From assembly GCA_030141605.1 (NCBI GenBank), contig JAQGDQ010000042.1:868001-932000 (forward strand): DNA of 64,000 nt, given 5' to 3'. This document shows, in pieces, positions 53,020-64,000 of this stretch; the first letter of the stretch is position 1; each line of letters starts with the position of its first letter. A program made the position numbers and the translations under genes. The DNA is from Tubiluchus corallicola (taxonomy: Eukaryota > Animalia > Priapulida). The notes below the pieces were generated by a model that saw only the letters and a program-made list of their open reading frames with translations, did no database searches and had not been told where the DNA came from.

Positions 53020-53194
53020 GAGTTGACTTGCACACGGGCAATTTTATACTACATCAATCTACGTAAACTCATATGTCACATCAACTCCTTCATGAAACCC
53101 GCTTCGGCTTCCTCTCTGCATGGCGTCATCTTCTGCCAATCAGCTGCTTAGCTTTGCATCCCAGCGGGACGGACAGGCGGACATTTTCACCAAT
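53017..53194 (-). promoter_or_regulatory. Candidate Pax6 core promoter (TATA + initiator + two CCAAT boxes)
   Basis: Minus-strand TATAAAA at 53048-53042, Inr-like TCAGT with its A at 53019 (29 nt downstream of the first T of the TATA), CCAAT at 53136-53140 and 53190-53194, in a locally GC-richer segment. Confidence 0.6.
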
Positions 53195-54944
53195 CCGAGG
53201 CGATTTATGCTAAGTATCTGGGCGGTGATAAAAAGAGACTGCGTTCGGTTCTGGTGCCTCGAGAAATTCAGTGATTCTGCGGAAAATGTGCTTAATGAGC
53301 TTGTTAATTTATTAAGAAAGGCAAGCTCCAATCTGGCATTTCAATTATAATTGGTTTGACTTAATAGTAAGCAATTATGCGCACTGCTGTTATTGCTGGT
53401 ACCATGGGGGTTATCGTAATCATAATTTATATTCACATCATTTAGTCGTAACTGTTATTGTTATCACTCATATAGTTTTAAATGTGTGGCTTCACAGTTT
53501 TACAGTTCACATGTTCATATTTGTTTGTTTATCTCTTACCTGATTGGTTTGTCAACTGGACAGTGCGTCACGTACCAGCCAGTCAGTCAGTCTGTCGGTT
53601 CGTCTGCCTGTCTAGTGGTTTGCTGGTTCTTTATGTGCTTGTTCAATTGTTCTTCATCATCATCATTATCATCACCGTCGCCATTATGGCCATCGTCATT
53701 GTCATCATCTGATCATCGTCAACGTCATTATCACCGTCATCGTTATTGTTATCGTCATCATCATAATCTTCTTCATTATTATTTTTTTCGCTTATCAGCC
53801 CGTTTGTTTGTTTGTTTGTTACAATTTGCATAAATCAGTACTTCTGAAATGAGAACAGTTTTTTAATATTTGAGTGAACTCCAAGCTGCGATAATTTGTG
53901 GTAAGAATTATTTTCACTAATTTCCTAAAATTATCGTAACTATTTACAATTATATAATTTTTGCTGTAAGTTTTGCCAATACCAATATTTTAAGCTAGCT
54001 GCCAAAAACCTTGAATACATAATTTTTCATTAATATCTATTTTGTTGTACATGTATTGGGGAAATGCTAAGGCAGAAATGCATAGGCATGGACTAGTGTT
54101 GCATATGGGTAAAACGTCACTCTCAATGACAATAATACATTCTCTAACAAATCGCGTTAGTTTGGGCCAGAGAAAATTGCTGTAAATGCCAATGCCAATT
54201 TCCTAAATCGTTCAAACATATTTGCATATATCGAGGAGACACGTCTTCTTACAGTTTTCTTTAAACTCAGTCAGTTGTGATACATATTCATCAATCAGAA
54301 AGCGAATCTGCATAATTACATTTAAAGCTGGATACCGTGGCATGATAACAAGCATGCTAATATTTTCCTCATTGTCTTTATGATACATTGTGAGCGTTAT
54401 TACTGGAGATGTTACTCGCGGCTTCCTATTATCCATGTCGCACCGGATTTCCGTCGCTTCGATGCACTTGCGTTTGCAGTCACATTACTATGGAAATCAA
54501 CTTTGTTCCTACTGCCTTGAAGGGTCTTCCCACTCAAGCTCAACAGTATAATAAGTCTGACATAAAGGCAGAAACGCAAATATATAACACTAATTAATAT
54601 TATTAGTAGTTAATTAAGAAATCCTAATTCATCATGTATGCTTGGCAGTAAATGAGTCTATCGCACTGCCACGAGTAATATAAAAAAGTGTCTGAATTTT
54701 TGTCTAGGACATGTATTGTGTTTAGTGCAAATGTTGTTACTGCTGTTTATTTAGTTTCGCCGTCGTCGTTGTTATTGTTGTTGGGGTGGCCGTTCTCATC
54801 GACTTCACAGTCGTTATTTTGTTTTTATTTCCTTCTTTTTCTCTTTTAGTGCGGTTTATACGGGCATTAGTAGACTGGTTTTAGAAAAGTTTGATATGAC
54901 TTTATATTTCAAAAGTCATTAGCTCCAGTTAGTGCATGAAGACT

Positions 54945-55015
54945 TAAATTACTCAGAATGACTTCGCGTGGTTGCCCGGAAGGCAGAAGGTTTTTGGTTC
55001 GCGTCCAATTGGAGG
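54945..55015 (+). repeat. Decayed tRNA-derived (SINE-head-like) segment
   Basis: B-box-like GGTTCGCGTCC with an A-box-like TACTCAGAATG upstream at tRNA-like spacing; no intact cloverleaf. Confidence 0.3.
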
Positions 55016-55882
55016 TGGAAAATTTTAAAGACTTTCCAAGTTGGTGTTGCTTTCGTGCGTTTCTATGATTAATTGTTAAAAAGGAATAATTTTAAAAATG
55101 TAAGGTATGTACAACAATTATGTAACTAGAACTTTTAGTACAAAAGCCAAACTAAGCAAAATAAGCATTATTTCGAAAAAAGACCAAGCTGTAATAATTA
55201 TTTATTTTTTAATAATTAATGAGGTTTTTGCAACTGAAGACCTTAATTTCTGTGGCCGGTGTGAAAATAATCAAAAACACATTTTTAATAAAAAGAATTA
55301 TGATGAGGGCTTGTCTCCAAAAATCTGCAATAACTCTGTTGGTGATGCAATGCCTGGTTTCAATTCAAAAGGCCCCAGGTTACATCCTGGCTAAGTATTA
55401 ATTTTTTACGTGTTTTTTTTCATACGTGGTAAGTCTAATTTACTAATTTATTTAACTAATTAACCAAGAAACGGCATTTATTAGTAAAAGCTGCTCTGTA
55501 TAAAGAGAAACACTCAATGATCTTACTAATAAATGACTGTCAGACGCCTTGACTCGACTAAATGAGAATCGTTCACAAAAGATAAATCTTTGGTCACGTG
55601 ACCTGACACATAAAAGCATGAAATTGCGTTTGAGTTGAGATTATAAAGACATCATTGTAGCCACGCAGTCGCGAGTTTGATGCAGTAAAAGCTATCAAAC
55701 ATTCACTGGGCTTAAATATGCTATAATGTATATAGATGTTAATATTTTAACATCACACATCAATATATACACCAGTATTGTACTACAAAAGTTTACAATT
55801 ATACCTAAATTTCAGACTATCTTTAATCAGTTTGCGTGAAGTAAGTTACAGGTACAATTATTACCAAACACACAACAATTAA

Positions 55883-56119
55883 TAGACATAGACAATTAGA
55901 CATAGACATAAACATAGACATAGACATGGACATAAACATAGACATAGACATAGACATAGACATAGACATAGACATAGACATAGACATAGACATAGACATA
56001 GACATAGACATAGACATAGACATAGACATAGACATAGACATAGACATAGACATAGATATAGACATGGACACGGACACGGACAAGGGCACTGACACATGCA
56101 TAGACACAGACATAGACAT
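55883..56119. repeat. (GACATA)n hexamer microsatellite
   Basis: Long hexamer run. Confidence 0.98.
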
Positions 56120-58312
56120 CTTTATTAGTCATACATACTACAAATGAGATACATGGCATTCGTCGTTTTAGCTTTGCAAAGATTAGTAAAAACGTATTAG
56201 CAACAATAAATGTAAATTAAACAACTGTAAATTAAAATTCAACTGTACATATAAATCTAAATGTATTTGAGAAACTACTGCAATTCTCAAAAGTGTTATG
56301 CTGTCATCAAATGATCATTTGGTTACTTTACTTACATAGGTACTAAATGATCAAAACAAAGCAAGTCTGCAACATCAAAATACGTCTCAAAGCAAGAATA
56401 TCTTCCCAAAATAAAATTACTTTTAGGTTTGTAGCTAATGTTATAAGCAACGTTTTATATAATAAAGTAGGTAATTTAGTGGCATAATAAATCGTTTAAA
56501 TGTTTCAGGAGCCAAACAAATCGTTGAGTTTCATTTTATATCAAGCATGGCGGATGTGGGCATATGGACTGCGAAGCCATAATTACATAGGTTACATATG
56601 ACATCTTATTTTACAACATAACCATTTATCTATTACTTTTCAATGGGTAAACGATATACTCCGTAAGAGGGCTTAATGACATGATGATTACTATCCCTAG
56701 CTTATCACAAATCTGAACTGTCAACCGTGTAAAACTCTGATAACATTCTCGTTGTCATAGTGCGTGACAGTGGAGGGAATTGTATAGTCGTTGCAGCCAT
56801 TGTTAATGATGATTTACCGATAAGATACTCTGCTTACTGACAATAAAATATCGTTAATGTTTTACTATTGTTAGTAATACTTACATTAATGATTAAAATG
56901 TAAGGCATATTTTACATTTTATACATACTATATAAAACATAGTACATAATAATGATGTTCAATGATTAAAATCTAAGGTATGTTTTATGTTTTTTGTGAT
57001 ATTCACGTTAATAACTAAAGTTTAAGGCATATTTTGTATTTTTATTGTTTAATTTTATGCCGTTCGAAGCATTTGAAACTAAGAACGGTTGTGCCACTGC
57101 AGCCGTTGGTCAACGTCATCTACTCTGTTGCTCGATTTCTAAGAGGTCCTTTTCTGTGCTCTAAGTTGGCTTTTTAGTGCTTTGTGCCTTTTGTGCTTCA
57201 ATCATTTTACGTTATTGTACTTTTTGTGACCTGCGTGAGGCTTTTTTCCGTGTTGAAACGAAAAATAATATTCCGAAAATAATATCGGAATAAAATAATG
57301 TCCCATAAAAATAATAAAATTTAAATAATGTTATTATTTAACATTTCTTTAATATTGTGCATATTTTAATATTTACACACTGTTACTTAATCATAGCGCA
57401 TGCTGATCTGTGGTTTCTATTGTCTAATTCAATAATCAATGAGTTCAGGGGCCAAATGGACTGGACTGCGTGGCAAAATGGATCACGGTTTTAAGGCAGG
57501 CTAGGAAAGAGTCTTATTTTAGTTAAAACAGTAATAATAGACTAATAGTGACTGGTGAAGTCCAGTCTAAACCTCCAGAAAATAGGGGCGACCAGGGGAT
57601 ATGAACTTACTGTGATTACATACTGCCAGTGAGTTGAGCAAACTGTAGTACTACTGATGACGATTAGCAGCCAATACAAAACACATAGGATTGCACAGGA
57701 AAAACACAGTATTATCAAAAGTGTGGCAAATTCAGTTCCCATTACTCATTGCCGAATCATTATATAGGCTAGTATAGGCTGTAGCCTAGGGCCTGTCAAG
57801 CTTTGGTAACATTTTGTAAAAAATTTGTTTTTAACTATGATTGTGTTGAAATATGCGCTATTTTGCTAATTTGGTTTGCACTAAATAGCAAAATAGTTGT
57901 AGTTCTCTTTCTGATAAACAAAAGTAAATTTAAAATGCAATGTAAATGTCGCTAAAATATATCACGAGTAAGAAATATTCAAGACGGATGCGAGCGAATT
58001 AGAGGGTGACTCGCCTGAGAGGGGCCTATAATTTCATTAGCCTAGGCCCCCATAGGTCATAATTGGCCCTTCCTTATACGCATTTCTTACGAAAGCTATA
58101 CACGACAGATAAATAGCCCATTCTATCTAAAACAAGTAGGAAATCACACAAAACTTTATACGTAAGTACATTTATAACCAATGTTTTTATTAGTTCTTGT
58201 TTTTAATAATTGTAATGAAAATCCAATGTCAGGATATGGTTTTTATTGTGCAGACGCAATAAAAACCCAAATCCGTAGATATAAGAAATTGTTAATAAAA
58301 GGCTTTATTGTA

Positions 58313-58404
<92 letters not shown>

Positions 58405-58507
58405 CGTTATCATCATCATCATCATCATTATCATCATCATCATCATCATCATCAGTATTAGCATAATCGATATCATTATTACTAGCATGATCATCATCAT
58501 CACCATT
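58313..58507. repeat. (ATT)n-(CAT)n compound microsatellite
   Basis: Read directly from the sequence. Confidence 0.97.
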
Positions 58508-58946
58508 AAGGTGCTTTTTCAGTCGTCTTACTGACTGCCCTAGTATCATCAGAGAGTGATCTTAGAATTTAATCGCAGTCGCTGAATACAAATTACAGTT
58601 ATTTAATTTAATTTAATTTAATGTTCCATAACACACACCGTGTCACACGCTAGAGCACCGAATTCTTACGCACGAGAGCTAGCAGGTAAGCGAGCGTACT
58701 CGTGTGGATTGGGAAGGCACTTAGCTTGATGAAATTCCGTTCATTTTCCATCACATTGCTACCCAGTTATCCGAGGTAAATATTGGATGTCAGACGGGCG
58801 TGTGTGTCCACTAGTGTGTGTGTGTGTGTGCGTGTGTGCAGTATTAGAGATGTGATGTCCATAGTCCAAGATACTAGTATTCAAGGTACATGTTGGGATA
58901 ATCCATTACGTGGGTTTGCTGTAGTTGAAAACATCGTATTCTCACA

Positions 58947-59545
58947 GATCTATGTATTATGGTGTCAATCTTTGCGAAAATCCAATTGACAGAGGTTCAC
59001 TTTTTTACTAGAGCACCATTGACTAATATTACAAGAGGATATAATTTAAAAATGTCATTTAGACGCTGTTGTCTTGATTGTTTCAGAAGTTTCCTTCTTA
59101 ATAATAAAATACCAATAAAGAACTTTACTGGAGTTCAAAAGTCAAGAGCCGAAGTAAAAGATGGCTAGGACATCTTCTAAGATTACCAAATGAAGCACTA
59201 AGAATCGCCTTAAAGGAAGCCTTAGAACCTTGCAAAAAACCACCTGGCAAACTTAAAACAACTTGGATAAATAAAAAAATAATGTTCATCAACTTCAACC
59301 AATCTATCTTCAGGAGTAGAAGAACTGACACTGTTAGCTGCGTGGGTGGAATACTCTGATAAATGTTGATACCTCAATGCCTACAATAGGTCGAATGAGA
59401 TTTTGTAGAAGAAGAATAAAATTTGAAAAATTTGGAATGATCTTTCGGTGAGAGTTACTAATACCCAGTTAGTCTGTCCAAATGACCAGCAAACTTTCTA
59501 AGAAAAGACTTAAGGCGGCAGGTTTAATCAAATAGTGTATTCACT
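58947..59545 (+). mobile_element. Degenerate CR1/L2-like LINE 3' end, interrupted by the RTE fragment
   Basis: FFTRAPLTNITRGYNLKM...CCLDCFRSF before the insertion and KIWNDL...KKRLK after it match the TRGHxxKL...FFxNRVVxxWNxLP...FKxRL C-terminal pattern of CR1-group ORF2. Confidence 0.6.
59111..59414 (+). mobile_element. 5'-truncated RTE-like LINE fragment (related to the 26.8-kb copy)
   Basis: TNKELYWSSKVKSRSKRWLGHLLRLPNEALRIALKEALEPCKKPPGKLKTTW; short GAA tail; AATAAAAT at 59103-59110 and 59415-59422 as target-site duplication. Confidence 0.8.
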
Positions 59546-59656
59546 TTTTCACAAGCATATCTGTAACGAGCCGACATTTGATGTTCTTTTTCGAAATTTT
59601 TAATTTTAATAATTCGTACTTGTAAAGAAATGCGTCATTTGCCATTTGTAATTCGG

Positions 59657-59659
<3 letters not shown>

Positions 59660-59726
<67 letters not shown>

Positions 59727-59758
59727 GTTATTATTATAATTATTATTATTATTATTAT
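59660..59758. repeat. (ATT)n microsatellite
   Basis: Read directly from the sequence. Confidence 0.97.
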
Positions 59759-62700
59759 ATAATGTTATTATGTTATATACAGTATTTATATAGTGTATAT
59801 CAGCTGTTTTGTATAAACAAACCCTAGAGGCGTGTGCAATTCAATTGCGGATTGTGATGTGTACTTAAATTAAACATCTGTACATAGGCAGGCCAACTAA
59901 GTTAACACTGGTAAATAACAGCAGTTAGTAGAAGTTTTGTAGACCATTTGAAGCCATCTCTAATGCACTGAAAATAAAAATCAGCACGATTTCACAATCA
60001 CAAATAAATTATTACATTTCACAACACGACTATTAAAGATTTGACAAATGCTCAATATTACCTGCAAATGCAACACTAACTGCCAAATCCATGACATTAA
60101 ACTTGTGAAGAATAAAGAAATAAAGAGAACTTATATGTGAAAATTAAAGGTTGCTTGTCAGATGGCTAAAGTTTTTCAAAAGACAGCATGCTTATAAGCT
60201 TTTCATTTTAACAACCAAACTCTTAGATCTATTAAGATTGAAACTGCTATATTCTTGATTAAAGTTCGGTAATAACTAACATAGAAGTATAGATTTTTTC
60301 CCTCACTTTTTATTAGCATTTTAAGGCGTACAACACAAATTTATGATAACAAATTTAGCATAATATTACTGCACTTTAGCGCATAAAATTTATTTTGCAG
60401 CAAATTTATCGCTGTTAAGCAAGCTTTGAAGCCTCTACAGGGCATAATTATTAGGACTTAGAAGCCATGTCCCTACAGGACAGAATTATTAAAGGTCCAT
60501 TTGAGTGCTAATAATATCATATTACAATCTTAAAAATACACGCACGCATGCACATGCATTTGCACACGCAAACGCCGGAAGAACTCTCTTATTTTCGGAA
60601 GTGCGCTCGCGAGAGAGTAGATTTTATTCGCTCGTGCGGTTTTTCATTGCTCAAAACCACTTGTCTTGATTAATCAAATGTGCATTTAGCCGAGATAAAC
60701 AATACAACGGCTGTCCTAGGCAATTTCACGAAATTCTGGGTTCATTTTCAGCTTGATTAAGGTGGGTAATTGAAGCTGTATAATAAGATAAACTCACTCC
60801 CGACTCGCTTCACCTGAGTTGATTAATTTACAAGCCAAGCAGTCAACCCGTCATGTAGTCAACCCGCCATGCACCGGAAAAACGTTTACGCCGCTTTTTT
60901 GCCTTCTTTAACACCACAAATTTACACTTAGTTGGTGGCGAATTTTTTCATAAAACTACAATTTTTATTGTTAGAGCGTTTAATTATGACTATGAGCAGA
61001 GTTTTTCTTTACATGCATGTATTTAGATTTATTTATTCATCCATTTAGCACAATACAACAAAACACAAGTTATACGATTAAAAATTGACAATGCATTGCA
61101 GTGCTATGAGCATAGAAGAAGAAAGTAACTTATAAGCTATGGATAAGACTTAATTATGACAAAAACAAGAAAAATGTATTAAATGAAGCAAAGCAAACAG
61201 ATGCGAGAAGACGATAATAACGATGTTGTTGTTGTTGTTGATGATGATGATGATAACAATGGTGGTATTAATGCCGATGACAATGGTGGTGACGATGATA
61301 ATGATAATGAACTGGTATTAATGATGATGATGCGCCAGAATCAATGATCTAAACCAAGTGTGCCATTTTTGCATTGCTATGGAAATAGTAATAAAATATT
61401 GAACTATATAAATTATGAAGATGTGTATTTTTAATTGCAGAAATAATTTACTGATAATTACAGCATAAGCATTTATCAGAGACTAAGTTACTACCATCTG
61501 CTTTCGTTTTGCTATCATTCTGGCTGTCCATTTGGCAGCGTCTGGCCCGGGTTTGAGCATTAAGGAAACCGGCCGAAATGAGAATCTAGTGAGGTTCCTC
61601 CTGATGTACGACGCAAGTGTTATTATAGTCTACTTACCAGAATTGTGCAATCTGGCAATGGTCTGATGCAAATATTGCAAATGACTCTGATGTGCGATAT
61701 ACTTTTTTGTGAACAATAAACATTTTTTTATTTGTGAACGTCCTTATTGGTTTTTAATATTTTTTGCTGCTGTTGCATATAATTAGTAGAGTTAGTATTT
61801 TGTGTTTGTAATTGATGTTTTTGTGTATTATATGACAATTTTAATGCTGAAGTAAAGGGTGAACTGAATTGAATTGATGACTCCAGTGTTGTTTTGATCA
61901 CGTCTATACTTAAAAATGTTACGAATAGTAAAGCCGATGTGGACACTGGGTGAATATCTGAGGCACATGGTCAAGCTGGTTAAAAAGAAAAGTACAACCT
62001 TGATGTGAATGCAACATACTACGTTTTTGGATATATCTTATGGAAGCTACAGTGGAGGCAAGTGGAACTATGTCAGCCGACTTCAAATCAGAATCACTTG
62101 AAGGTCAAGGGTCAAATTTCAAAGCGAAATGGGGGTAGCGCCAACAAAGCCAGATTGGTGGTTTAAAAAAACCATGGCAATGTGAAATTCCGATGTGACA
62201 TTATTTCTCATTACATTTTTTTTTTAAAAATTACATTTTGTAACTTTTAAACGTGTATATTTTTTATATTGGGTAGATCTTGTATGATGGTCGCGTCAAG
62301 CTGGCAATGGTCGCTTTTTTAGCTAAAATCACTTCTCTTTGTCAGCAAGGATTAAAACATCCTTTACAAAGAGAGGACGATAAATGGGAATATAAGGGGC
62401 CATATGGTATAAAATTCTACAATGAGTGCAAAGTGTCAGAAAGAGAGAGCGGTTATCTACATAAGGCCTTTGCACCAGCTGTTTTCTATTAAAGCTTTTA
62501 TAATCTATTTTTTGCTAATTACTTAATGTATAAAAAGGTCTATCAGAATAGTATTGTTGAAAATATACATTATACAACCTCTACAATTCATGCTAACACA
62601 GAAACTGTTGTTGCATACATTACATAAGCTTATTCAAAATAATTCTGTTGAATTTTGTGAGTTATCAAACTGAATTACTTAGAAAAGTTTTTGATGTCGT

Positions 62701-64000
62701 AGGTGTAACATAAAATTAACCAAATAGATTGGTATTTGGACATTTGTAGGCTGTAGCAACTTCCAAATTTACGTCAAATTTGAACTGATTAGTTTTAACT
62801 TCGTTGAAATAGGCGATTTGGTTTCAACTCTTTTAAGTTTGACAATTATAAGTCACGAAAAGGAAATTTGCGTTGGTTGCAAAACAGTCTTTTACAGTTA
62901 AATATTGACACGATAATGCTCTACTATTATACAGCGGGTAAAATTTAATTTAATGAATGTCTTTAAAGTTTAAAACTATTCTAACATTTAAGACGGACCG
63001 AATTCGATAAATCTGACTAGCTCTTGAATCATAATTTCGCACGTTGTCGAGTTAGTTTTTTGAGGCCGAAACTAAATCTAACACACGCCATCTGTCAAAA
63101 CTTAATCTGTTGTTCCTAATGCGATTTTTCTGGTAAACTTTTCTGCGTTGTTGATTCTCAATACCAGTATGCTTCTAAGCGTCATCTCCGTGCTTCTAGC
63201 GTCACCTCTGAAGCCGACTACATGCAGTGCTGGATGAACGCAAACCAAACAGCAAAACTTTGATTCGTCATTAATTACCGGGTAGTTAATTGTCTAGATG
63301 TAGAGCTTATACAAAGCTACCTTCGTGATTTTATGCTTGTTAGTGAATCAGTCCGGAAAATTCATCGGATGTGAAGGATTTTGCTTGAAAACGAGACGCG
63401 GTTACCTGCCGAGTTTTGCCTGAAAATCGAGAAGGGGAGAGGCGACAGTTTTTTAATGAGTTAAATCCGAACATTCGATCTGCGGGTTATATTATAATAA
63501 GCATTATGATAAGAAGTTTTATGTTTTTTCACGCATACCTAGATTGTTGTTATGCCTCGTTTCCCCATTTTGTTATTTTTAAGTAAACCTAATAATAGTC
63601 TTAGCAAGTTATAAATGTAGTCCGCGCTCTCATTGTGAAAATTAGGCACAAATATCAGACTTAAAGACCTATATAGCTTCAATAGACATTGAAGTTATTT
63701 TAATGCACTAAAATGATTACACAAAGAATTGATTGTTATTATAAAACAAAAGAGACTTATAGATTAATTAATTTACCCTTTTCTGGTGAATTTCGAACGC
63801 GTGTATTGCTGTAAAGATCGCCATGTTTTGCGTCTTTGGCGTGAGTGAGCGAGAATGACGCACGAGGTACAGAAAGCGCCTTTGGTTACCAATGTTTGTT
63901 TACGGATCTTGGGTGACCTCATGAATATACTCATAATGTCATTCGTCTTGCGCAACGTAAAATAGCGGTTCTTCAAATTTAATACAACTAACAACGAAGT

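Noticed and set aside
62102-62114. DR1 nuclear-receptor-type site AGGTCAAGGGTCA
   Set aside because: A single short motif, and such words are frequent in invertebrate repeats; no supporting context.

Overview
AT-rich, repeat-littered animal genomic DNA (invertebrate bilaterian, not prokaryotic). It is dominated by one gene on the minus strand: Pax6 (eyeless/twin-of-eyeless family). Eight coding exons can be read by hand with GT-AG boundaries and matching phases: 39432-39444 (MPHK-G), 18093-18223, 17348-17563, 14013-14220, 6374-6511, 3100-3182, 2776-2960 and 1534-1787. Together they give 1228 nt (409 codons + 1 nt) covering the paired domain, linker, S50 homeodomain and most of the PST region. 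The last exon lies left of the window. A candidate TATA/Inr/CCAAT promoter with an 86-nt non-coding first exon sits at about 53.0 kb, with weaker alternative 5' exons at about 46 kb and 63.8 kb. The rest is intron or upstream non-coding DNA with LINE fragments, MITE-like elements, microsatellites and enhancer-like motif clusters. The most interesting observation is a degenerate but still in-frame, splice-site-flanked copy of the 83-nt homeodomain exon at 3445-3512, a candidate mutually exclusive exon. No other protein-coding gene, intact RNA gene or CRISPR array is supported.
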